Positions 38,788 to 46,780 of a stretch of 64,000 nucleotides of DNA are shown in pieces. The notes under the pieces were generated by a model, which saw only the letters and a list, made by a program, of their open reading frames with translations, did no database searches and was not told where the DNA came from. This DNA is from Acidimicrobiia bacterium. GTDB taxonomy: Bacteria > Actinomycetota > Acidimicrobiia > IMCC26256 > JAENVU01. The position numbers and the translations under genes were made by a program. How positions within the stretch are numbered: position 1 is the stretch's first letter; each line of letters begins with the position of its first letter. The DNA lies in the NCBI GenBank assembly GCA_036502405.1, contig DASXYP010000065.1:3687-67686 (forward strand). Reading direction: 5' to 3'.

Positions 38788-39933
38788 GTGCACGTGAAGC
38801 AGCAGAGCCGCACCTCGAGCTCATGGATGATGAAGGTCGGCGGATTCGTCCTGGCCGCGTGCCTCTTGGCGCCGTTGGCCGGGATGGCTCGCGCGGACGC
38901 CGCCGTGGCACCGCTCGGTCCGCGCGCGGGCATCAGCGGCGGGTCGGTGATCCTGTGGGAGCCCGACAACCAGCGCATCGTCGAGCTGACCCAGATCGCG
39001 AACTCGGGCGCGGGCTGGTTCGCGATGGACATCGACTGGCCGTCGATCGAGCCCCAACGCGGCACGTTCAACTGGGCGGCGACCGACCGCGTGGTCCAGG
39101 AGGCACACGCGCGCGGACTGAAGATCCTCGGCATCGTCGGCTACACGCCGAAGTGGGCGCAGGGCAGAGGCTGCCCCTCGGGCACGACCCACTGCCTGCC
39201 GGCCAGGGCCGAGGACTACGGGGCGTTCGCGAAGGTGGCAGCTGCTCGGTACGGCGCGTACTCGTCGAACCCGGCCCTCCGCGGCACGGTCCAGGCGTGG
39301 CAGGTCTGGAACGAGCCGAACCACTACCCGTACGTGCAGAAGGTCGACATTCCTCGGTACACGTTGATGCTCAAGCAGGCGTACCTCGGCATCAAGAGCG
39401 TTGATCCGACCTCGACGGTGATCGCCGGCGGGACCTCGCCGGCACCGAACGACCCGTCCGGCAAGGACATGTCACCGGCGAACTTCCTCAGCGCGATCTA
39501 CCTCTGGACGGGGAAGGGCTACTTCGACGCGTTCGGGCATCACCCGTACTCGTTCCCGTGCGACCCGCAGACACCCGCATCGTGGAACGCGTTCCAGCAG
39601 ACGCTCAACCTGCGTTGGATCATGGCTGCGGTCGGTGATGGCGCCAAGAAGATCTGGGCCACCGAGATCGGCGCGCCGACGGCTGCCGACGTCGGCACCT
39701 GCACGGGGCACAACGGCAGCTCGATGACCGAAAGCGGTCAGGCCCTGATCACTGCGCAGTACATGCAGGGATGGATCAAGGACTGGAGCGCGTTCACCGG
39801 ACCGATGATCTGGTACATGATCCGCGACGCGGGGACGAACGCCTGGGCCCGGGACGACAACTTCGGATTGGTGCACCGCGACTTCAGCCCGAAGCAGTCC
39901 TACACCGTCTTCCAGCAAGAGCTACGCGGGTAG
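38788..39933 (+). CDS. Secreted clan GH-A glycoside hydrolase (GH5/GH39-like)
   Basis: GGAGG RBS, signal peptide, WNEPN acid/base, HPYS, WATEIG nucleophile, NFGL. Confidence 0.85.
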   Translation: MHVKQQSRTSSSWMMKVGGFVLAACLLAPLAGMARADAAVAPLGPRAGISGGSVILWEPDNQRIVELTQIANSGAGWFAMDIDWPSIEPQRGTFNWAATDRVVQEAHARGLKILGIVGYTPKWAQGRGCPSGTTHCLPARAEDYGAFAKVAAARYGAYSSNPALRGTVQAWQVWNEPNHYPYVQKVDIPRYTLMLKQAYLGIKSVDPTSTVIAGGTSPAPNDPSGKDMSPANFLSAIYLWTGKGYFDAFGHHPYSFPCDPQTPASWNAFQQTLNLRWIMAAVGDGAKKIWATEIGAPTAADVGTCTGHNGSSMTESGQALITAQYMQGWIKDWSAFTGPMIWYMIRDAGTNAWARDDNFGLVHRDFSPKQSYTVFQQELRG

Positions 39934-39965
39934 CCCGCGCCCGACGTTCGGTTCGTCGGGGCTCG

Positions 39966-41342
39966 CTACGCCTGAGCGCGCACGCGCGAGGCCGCGGGAG
40001 CCCCGACGAGCGCGGCGACCTGCTCGAGCACGCGCTCGCGGCTCGAGCGGGCCGCCGTCAGGGCCTCGTCGGGGTTCCGGAACCACTCGAGGCTCGCGAC
40101 GGTTCGCCGCCAGCGCAGCCAGCGGGCGCGCCACGCGATCCAGGCCATGCCGCCGACCGGGGCCGCCGCCGCGACTGCGAGCGCGGCGCGGCCGCCGAAG
40201 CGGCGATACGCGATCGTCGTCTCGGCTGCCCACATCGTCGGGAGCAGCACGACCCCGGTCAGGCCCTTGGCCGTGACCTGCCACGCGGGATGGGTGACCT
40301 TCGAGCGGACGAGGTGGATGGCGGGCACCATCGCGCCGTTCAGGGCCATCCCGACCGCCGCGAAGGGCATCAGCACGACGCTGCCGACCGCGAGACGCGC
40401 CAGGCGCAGGCGGATCCAACCGGGGTGCAACCGAGGCACGGCTCGCGGGTTGTCGATGCCGAGCAGTGCGATGTCGCGGCGGTAGCTCTCGACCGCGTCG
40501 GCGAGCGCACGGAACGCCGCGCTGTCCTCCCCACCCTGAGCCTGGATCGCCGCCGCGAGGCTGCGGCTGAGTGCGCTGCGCTCGGCGAAGACGGGTTCGC
40601 GCGGGCCGGCGTCACGCTCGCCGAGGATCGTGATCGCCGCGGCGCGGTCGATCACCGCGGCTTCTTCCCACGAGGCGTGGTTCAGCGTGAGCTCGTGCAG
40701 GCGCTGCGCGAGCACCGAGGTGAGGCCGCGCACGGCCACCGGTCCGTCGGCTCGGTAACGCTCGACCCATTCGTCGACCGCGATGGCGTGGCCGATGTGG
40801 ATCGCGGCCTGGGAACGGAAGCGGCCCTTGTCGTCGTAGACCAGGCCGATCGGGAGGATCGTGATCCCCGGCGTGCCGGCGTCGGCGGCGGCGCCCAGCG
40901 CGATCCGCGCCGCGCCCGTCTTCAGCGGGAGCATCGCCGGCTCGAGGTGCACGCCCCCTTCGGGGAAGAGCGCGAGGTGTGCGCCGTGAGCGAGCGCCTC
41001 GTGGCACGCCTGGAACACCTCGTCGTTGTCGCCGGCCGCGGCGTTCTCCCGTCGCCGGGAGACCGGCAGCACCCGCGCGAGCCAGAACAGGAACCGCGCG
41101 GGAGGAAAGCGCCAGAGGTCCTGCGCGGCGAGGAAGCTGGGGAGCCCGGGGAGCTTCGCGGCGATGACGACCGGGTCCGCGAGCCCATTGGTGTGGTTCG
41201 CGGCGATGATCGTCGGCTCGCCCTCGACGAGGCGTGCCGCGCCGGTGACGTCCACCCGGCGGAAGACGACCCGGACGACGATCCAGGCGAGGATCTTCAG
41301 GAAGCGGTATGCGGGAGGGCGCTCCGGCGCCGGACGGCTCAC
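39966..41342 (-). CDS. Lysophospholipid/glycerol acyltransferase family protein
   Basis: NHTNGLAD (HX4D), FPEGG, KTGAARIA; start chosen from TACCGT-7 nt-GTG. Confidence 0.88.
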   Translation of the reverse strand: MSRPAPERPPAYRFLKILAWIVVRVVFRRVDVTGAARLVEGEPTIIAANHTNGLADPVVIAAKLPGLPSFLAAQDLWRFPPARFLFWLARVLPVSRRRENAAAGDNDEVFQACHEALAHGAHLALFPEGGVHLEPAMLPLKTGAARIALGAAADAGTPGITILPIGLVYDDKGRFRSQAAIHIGHAIAVDEWVERYRADGPVAVRGLTSVLAQRLHELTLNHASWEEAAVIDRAAAITILGERDAGPREPVFAERSALSRSLAAAIQAQGGEDSAAFRALADAVESYRRDIALLGIDNPRAVPRLHPGWIRLRLARLAVGSVVLMPFAAVGMALNGAMVPAIHLVRSKVTHPAWQVTAKGLTGVVLLPTMWAAETTIAYRRFGGRAALAVAAAAPVGGMAWIAWRARWLRWRRTVASLEWFRNPDEALTAARSSRERVLEQVAALVGAPAASRVRAQA

Positions 41343-41430
41343 GGCCCGGACGGTACCGCCTCGAAGGGTGCCGGTTCGCTCCACTCACCCAGTTGCGCGC
41401 CCGCCGCGGTGACGGCTAGCCAGGCCGTCC

Positions 41431-42225
41431 ATGACCTCCCGTCGGAGCCACCTCGTCGCGGCCGTGCTCGTTGTGCTCGCGGTCGCGTCCGGTTGCTCGA
41501 GCGGTGGTTCGGGGGGTACGTCCGGCGCGAGCAGGGCGCGCGGTCGCAGCCTCACCGGAACCCACTGGGTGCTGAGTGACCCCACGAACCTCGGGGTCCC
41601 TCTCAACGGGGTGGCGGTGACCGCAAAGCTCGATGCCGGCGTGATCAGCGGGAACAGCGGTTGCAACGGCTACCGCGCCCCGTACACGGTGGACGGGTCG
41701 AAGCTCACGATCAGTCGCCCCGTCGCCGGGACGCTGATGCAGTGCCCGCCCGCGCCGCAGGCGGTCGAGACCGCATACCGCGCTCGCCTGCCCCAGGTCG
41801 CGTCGTACGCGATCCGCGGTGCGCGCTTGACGTTCTCCGGGTCCGACGGTGCGGCACTGCTCGTCTACGACGCGATCGACGGATCTGCCGCGCTCGCAGG
41901 GGAGTGGAAGGCGACCAGCTACTCCACGGGCGAGGCGGTCCAGTCCGTGGCGAGCGCATCGACCCTGACCGCCAAGTTCGAGCACGGGCAGGTGTCCGGT
42001 GAGAGCGGCTGCAACAGCTTCGGCGGACCGTACGAGGTGCACGGCTCGAGCATCGATCTGGGTCCGCTCCGCTCCACGCTCAAGGCCTGCGCGGATCCGG
42101 CACTGCAGACCCAGGAGCAGCAGTTCCAGGAGGCCTTGCACCTCGCGTCGACCTATGAGGTCGCGAACGCGATCCTGCAGCTGTTCCGCGCCGACGGTGG
42201 GATCACCGCGACCTTCGTGAGGTGA
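41431..42225 (+). CDS. Lipoprotein with two META domains
   Basis: Lipobox ASGC; two SGCN and T(L)MQC/TLKAC motifs. Confidence 0.88.
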   Translation: MTSRRSHLVAAVLVVLAVASGCSSGGSGGTSGASRARGRSLTGTHWVLSDPTNLGVPLNGVAVTAKLDAGVISGNSGCNGYRAPYTVDGSKLTISRPVAGTLMQCPPAPQAVETAYRARLPQVASYAIRGARLTFSGSDGAALLVYDAIDGSAALAGEWKATSYSTGEAVQSVASASTLTAKFEHGQVSGESGCNSFGGPYEVHGSSIDLGPLRSTLKACADPALQTQEQQFQEALHLASTYEVANAILQLFRADGGITATFVR

Positions 42226-42247
42226 TCGGTGAGGCGCGTGGAGTCGG

Positions 42248-42322
42248 TCAGGCGCGCCGCGCGAAGGCGACGATGAGCACGATCAGCAGGATGACGACCA
42301 GCGTTCCGATGCCGATGTACAT
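42248..42322 (-). CDS. 24-aa single-TM micropeptide
   Basis: MYIGIGTLVVILLIVLIVAFARRA with GAAGGGA RBS. Confidence 0.65.
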   Translation of the reverse strand: MYIGIGTLVVILLIVLIVAFARRA

Positions 42323-42555
42323 GCTCAGTGTCCCTTCGTCTTCCCGGCCCGCCGCGGTCGCACGGGTGAAGTACGAGCGCGCCTCGGGCCGGTGCCTGCG
42401 GAGGTGGCGTTGATGTTCCACGTGACGCCCAGCAACGTGAGCCGATGGGAGCGGTCTCGCCGGCGCGGCATCATGGATGAAGCGTCGCCAACGCGCGGTC
42501 ATTCCAAACTCCGGCGCGCGCGCCGCGCGACGCGCGTGGTGGTGTCACGCGTCGC

Positions 42556-42801
42556 TCAGCTGCGAAGCACCGACGCGTCGTCGTCTTCGTCACCGCGGCG
42601 CGGGTAGAGGCGCTCCTCTTCGATGTGCCCGTCCTCGTCGTGGTACCGCACGACGACGTCGTTGTCCTCGGCGTTGGCCGCGTCGGCGGTGTTCCGGGTC
42701 GCGGTGTCCCTGGTCGAACCATGAGCTCTGACGTCGCCGTTTTGATCCCGGGTGACCCAACCGTCATCGATCTTGGTGACGTCCCAGCGGGCCGTGGCCA
42801 T
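42556..42801 (-). CDS. DUF2188-like small protein
   Basis: DGW...T..A..A...VRYHDEDGHIEEERLYPR pattern; GAGGAG RBS. Confidence 0.75.
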   Translation of the reverse strand: MATARWDVTKIDDGWVTRDQNGDVRAHGSTRDTATRNTADAANAEDNDVVVRYHDEDGHIEEERLYPRRGDEDDDASVLRS

Positions 42802-42992
42802 CCGTGCGCGCTCCTCGGCTCGACCGGGTGATCCTTCGGGCCTACCCAAAAGTACGTCGAATGACTCATAGCGGCACCGACCTACCCAACGATAATTTTT
42901 GTGGCGGCGCCGCCCCTGCTCCGCCCGAGTGTGGTCGGCGCGAGCGCTTGGAGACCTCGGCCCCATCTGACCGGGACCGGGGTCTCGGCGCG

Positions 42993-43610
42993 CTACGGGC
43001 CGTTGCGGACGCGGGTGACGCCTTCCACGTTGCATCCGACCGTGCCCCCCGGCACGGGCCGATCCGCCATCGCGACGAAGGCGGTCGGAGCGTTCGCCGG
43101 GACACCGTCGCTCGGTGTGGACGCTTGCTCGAGCTCGCGGCCGCCCCGCTGGAACCCGATCGTGACGACGTAGCTCGACACGGCGCCCGAGTGGTTCGTG
43201 ATCGCCCCGTCGGCCTCGGGTCGCCCGAGTGAGTTCACGAGGCACGAGGTGATGACGACGTCGCCGGTCGCCGAGCCGTGCGAGTCCGCGAGCGCGCCCC
43301 CGTCGAGCAGCACACCGACGATGCCGGCGCCGACGACGATGGCCAGCGCGCAGATGATCCAGGTGAGGCCGCCCACGCGAGGCTTCTCGACGAACCTGGC
43401 GGACACCCACGGACCGGCCGGCGGCGCGTGGAGGACGGCACCGGCCGCGACCGGTGTTGCTCTCGGTCGCGTCGCGGTGGACCGCTCGGATCCGGAGCCG
43501 TCGATGCCGACCCGACCCCGGTCGCTGACGTGCGCGGTCCAGCGGTTGCCGTCGTGGAAGCGGTGCTCATGACTGCCCCGAGGATCCGGATGCCAACCCG
43601 GCTCGACCAT
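42993..43610 (-). CDS. DUF2510 domain membrane protein
   Basis: PGWHPDPRG.HEHRFHDGNRWT, TM helix, Cys-containing external domain. Confidence 0.8.
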   Translation of the reverse strand: MVEPGWHPDPRGSHEHRFHDGNRWTAHVSDRGRVGIDGSGSERSTATRPRATPVAAGAVLHAPPAGPWVSARFVEKPRVGGLTWIICALAIVVGAGIVGVLLDGGALADSHGSATGDVVITSCLVNSLGRPEADGAITNHSGAVSSYVVTIGFQRGGRELEQASTPSDGVPANAPTAFVAMADRPVPGGTVGCNVEGVTRVRNGP

Positions 43611-43836
43611 CCCTGCCCTCCTGCCCGAACGCCGGGGAGGTCGGACTCCAAGGCAGGAGGGAGTCCGCCCTCGCCGCGGCGAGAACCAGCGTCGCGCCGC
43701 TCTTCCCGGTCCGCATCCGAGGAACCACGGATTCACAGATCGTGGGAGGAATCGCCACCGGGTCCTCGCGCCTGCACCGGAATGCCCGATCGCGATCCGT
43801 AATTCCACGGAACCTCGCGCCACTGCGCCGGTTCAA

Positions 43837-43862
43837 GGTTTGGCCGCGCGAACATCGGGTAC
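43837..43862 (+). promoter_or_regulatory. SigB/SigF-type (general stress) promoter
   Basis: GGTTT-N15-GGGTAC. Confidence 0.65.
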
Positions 43863-43869
43863 GTGCGCG

Positions 43870-44230
43870 AAACCTCGGATGTGACGCGTCGCCGGCTCTG
43901 GCCCCCCAGCCATGCCCACAAGGCATGCCGGCGCGCGTCGCATCCGAGGGCGCGGCGGACGCTCGGGGCTTCCCCCCAACGGAATCCTTCGGGCGCTCCG
44001 CCGCGTCCCGGTTCCGACGCAGCGCGCGATCCGGCACCGCGCGTGATCAGCGGGGCCGCCGCTTCGGAAAGACCGCGGCGAACGTGCGTGGTTCCACCCT
44101 TGTCGGGGACTCGGGTCGGCTCTTGAATGGAAGGGCGCGGCGGGGTGAGCCCCGAGCTTCCCCCCAGGTTGTCCGAGGGCACCCTCGCCGCGCCGAGGCC
44201 CGTCCCACCTTGGCGGGGACGGGCCTCGTG
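43870..44230 (+). ncRNA. Candidate sRNA(s) with three long hairpins carrying CCCCCCA loops
   Basis: Stems 43873-43949, 43948-44009 and 44134-44194; closing hairpin 44195-44227; no credible CDS. Confidence 0.55.
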
Positions 44231-44814
44231 ACCGTGCCCTCTCGGGGGTGAGGGGAGACGGATGCGCGATGGTACGGGCGCGCGCGCCGTCGGCGAGTGG
44301 CGCGCCTCGCAACGTTCATCCGCGTTCCACGCGACCGTTACCCCGGGGCGCGTGACCCGACCGCGGGTGTCGAACAGGCGCGCGACCCACGCGGGAAGGG
44401 TCTCGAGACGCGCCGCGACCCCGGGCCGGGCAGGGTGGCTCGGGGTCGCTGGCCTCGTGAACCTAGCGGTTCGAAGCCCGGGCCGCACCTATGGCCCGGC
44501 GACGGGAACCTGCCCGGACGGGGCGGTGTGAAGCGGTACGACGGCGGGTACTTCGCTCGTGGCGGCAGGGATGTCGCCACGAGCGGAGAGACGCGGGGCA
44601 ACCCATCGGTCGCCGCGGCTGCCGAGGGGCACCGTCGGGCGCCGGGGGTTGAACCAACACATGGACGTGGACCCACGCGTGAGCCGGGGGTGCGGGTGCC
44701 GAAGCTTCTTCCCCGGTGACGGTCCGCGCCCTCGGCGCGTGCCGCCTGGTTGCTCCTTTGCTCCGGGCATGAGAGCGTGCGCGAGGGGAACGGGCATCTA
44801 CAGAGAGTCGGAGC

Positions 44815-45120
44815 ATGGCTGCAGAATTGATCCTGGAGTTCGAAGGTGTCACCACGGACGAGTACTACGCCGTGAACAAGGAGCTGGGGATCGACCCGGA
44901 GAGCGGGGAGGGCAGCTGGCCCGACGGGATGGTCGCGCACTCGGCGGGACTCAACGAGGCCGGGCATCTGGTCGTCATCGAGGTGTGGGATACCCCCGCG
45001 CACCAGGCCAAGTTCATGGAGGGACGGCTGCGAGACGCGCTGGCCAAGGGAGGCGTCACCGACCCACCGTCGAGCGTGACCTGGATCGAGCTCGTCGCGC
45101 ACCATCACCTCGGGAGCTGA
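44815..45120 (+). CDS. Hypothetical protein, possible dimeric alpha/beta barrel
   Basis: GGAG RBS; WPDGMVAHSAG, VIEVWD, QAKFMEGRL. Confidence 0.8.
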   Translation: MAAELILEFEGVTTDEYYAVNKELGIDPESGEGSWPDGMVAHSAGLNEAGHLVVIEVWDTPAHQAKFMEGRLRDALAKGGVTDPPSSVTWIELVAHHHLGS

Positions 45121-45193
45121 CCGAACGGCCGATCGATCGCGAGCCGCGCACGTCAGCTCGATCGCTGACGCGGTCCGGAAGAAGGGGGAGCGG

Positions 45194-45706
45194 ATGCGGC
45201 GGTGGGTCGTTGTCATTGCTGTCGTACTCGGCGCGGTGGTCGTCGCGCCGGGGACGGCCGGAGCTGCGGTCCGGCACGTCGACGGGGCGATGTCGGGAGC
45301 CGGGCACTTCGACTCCCAGTCGGGGTGCGCCGGGATCATCGAGCAGACGGGTTCGGGTGCGTTCGCGGCGCGCGACCTCGGGGTCGGCACGTACACGTTC
45401 TCGGTGTGCATCACCCAGGGCCCGAGCGCGCTGTCCTTCGCTGGGACCGCTTCGTTCCGGACACACTCCGGCGCGCAGCTCCACGGCACCATCGACAACT
45501 CGGGACCACTGGGCCAGTACCCGACCTTCGTCCTGACGGTGACGGGCGGGACGCGGCGCTACCGGCACGCGACGGGGACGCTGACGCTCGGCCCCCTCGC
45601 CGAGAGCAACTCGACGAGCTGCGACCCGAGGTCGGGGGTCTGCTTCGACTGGACCGACCGCGGTCCGCTCACCGGAGCGCTCCGCCACGTGCGTCCCCGT
45701 CGATGA
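45194..45706 (+). CDS. Secreted hypothetical beta-rich protein
   Basis: Signal peptide ending AGA; VTGGTRRYRHATG motif. Confidence 0.75.
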   Translation: MRRWVVVIAVVLGAVVVAPGTAGAAVRHVDGAMSGAGHFDSQSGCAGIIEQTGSGAFAARDLGVGTYTFSVCITQGPSALSFAGTASFRTHSGAQLHGTIDNSGPLGQYPTFVLTVTGGTRRYRHATGTLTLGPLAESNSTSCDPRSGVCFDWTDRGPLTGALRHVRPRR

Positions 45707-45713
45707 CGCGACG

Positions 45714-45959
45714 GTGACCGAGGTCCGGGGCGGATCCCGGCTCGCAATCGGGAACTGGACGTGGTGGGTCTGGTGGATCGTGGGCGGACTCGTGCTCGTC
45801 CCAACCATGGACCTGCTCTTCAACGCGGGGGCCGCAGGCGCTGCCGCGCTTGGCTGGACAATTCTCGCCACGACGACTGTCAGGAGCTCGCTGGACAAGA
45901 TTCGAGACCCCGAAATAGCAGCCCGAGAAGCGCGTAGGAGGGAACGCAACCAGCTCTAG
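45714..45959 (+). CDS. Small hypothetical membrane protein
   Basis: Two hydrophobic segments. Confidence 0.5.
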   Translation: MTEVRGGSRLAIGNWTWWVWWIVGGLVLVPTMDLLFNAGAAGAAALGWTILATTTVRSSLDKIRDPEIAAREARRRERNQL

Positions 45960-46030
45960 CAGGCTGGCCCGGGAGCCAACGAGCACGCCAGCGCGACGAG
46001 CGCGACGACGCAGCAGCCAACGAGCGGGCT

Positions 46031-46390
46031 CTACACCTTGCGGCCGGGCCGGCTGATGTACCAGGCGCAGGTCTGAAGGACGGCCTGGATGAAGAAGCCC
46101 GAACCCCACTCGAACTCGCCGAGCAGCACGTAGATCCAGGAGACGGCCGCAGCCGCAGCGCCCGCACCGGTGTACTCCCCGTTCCGATACTGATACGCGG
46201 CCGCGAGGCTGAACCCGATGGACGGGATCGAGACGATCAACCAGAAGATTCCGACCGGGCTCCCGTCGGTCAAGCCCTTCGGGATGAAGAACAGGGCGGT
46301 GATGCACCCGGCGATCAGGCACAGGAGGCCCGACCGGCGACGGCGTCGACGTACCAGATCGTCGCGGGTCTCCGCCGCGCCCAGCCCCAT
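46031..46390 (-). CDS. Hypothetical 4-TM membrane protein
   Basis: TACGCT-6 nt-ATG; hydrophobic helices. Confidence 0.65.
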   Translation of the reverse strand: MGLGAAETRDDLVRRRRRRSGLLCLIAGCITALFFIPKGLTDGSPVGIFWLIVSIPSIGFSLAAAYQYRNGEYTGAGAAAAAVSWIYVLLGEFEWGSGFFIQAVLQTCAWYISRPGRKV

Positions 46391-46574
46391 GGGCGGAGCG
46401 TAGGCGGACGATCCCGTCGTGGGCCACGTCGCGCGACGCGGTGCGACGCGCCGCGACCCCGGGTGGCTCGCGGTCGCAGGCGGACTCGAGTGTGCACCCC
46501 GAGGGCGGTCTGAGAACGCGCGCACGCTGAACGGCGGCAAGGGTAGGGGTCGCGCGCGGACGCCGCCATGGGCC

Positions 46575-46632
46575 GTGGTCCTGGCGGTCGCGCTCGTGAT
46601 CGCCGCGCCCGCGTGTGACTCGTCGAGCTCGC
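46575..46632 (+). repeat. Imperfect ~60 bp direct repeat, copy 1 (copy 2 at 48541-48600)
   Basis: GTGGTCcTGGCGGTCGCGCTCGtGATCGcCGcGCCCGCGTGTGACT--CGTCGAGCTCGC. Confidence 0.85.
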
Positions 46633-46780
46633 ACATCGTTCTCGCCCTGACGCTGACTGTGGCGACACTCTCGAACTGGATCATTGAGCGGCCCATCAAT
46701 CGCTCGGCCCGGCGGGCGATGCGCTGAGGCACGTCGCGGGTCCGCGACATCTCGATCCCTGCAGACCAATATGCGGCGAC

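Noticed and set aside
44086-44101. T-box-like AAGGGTGGAACCACGC on the minus strand
   Set aside because: No recognisable specifier stem and no amino-acid-related gene downstream; neighbouring structures fold better on the + strand
44625-44700. TTGAACCAACA, reminiscent of 6S RNA
   Set aside because: I could not pair it into a long rod with a central bubble
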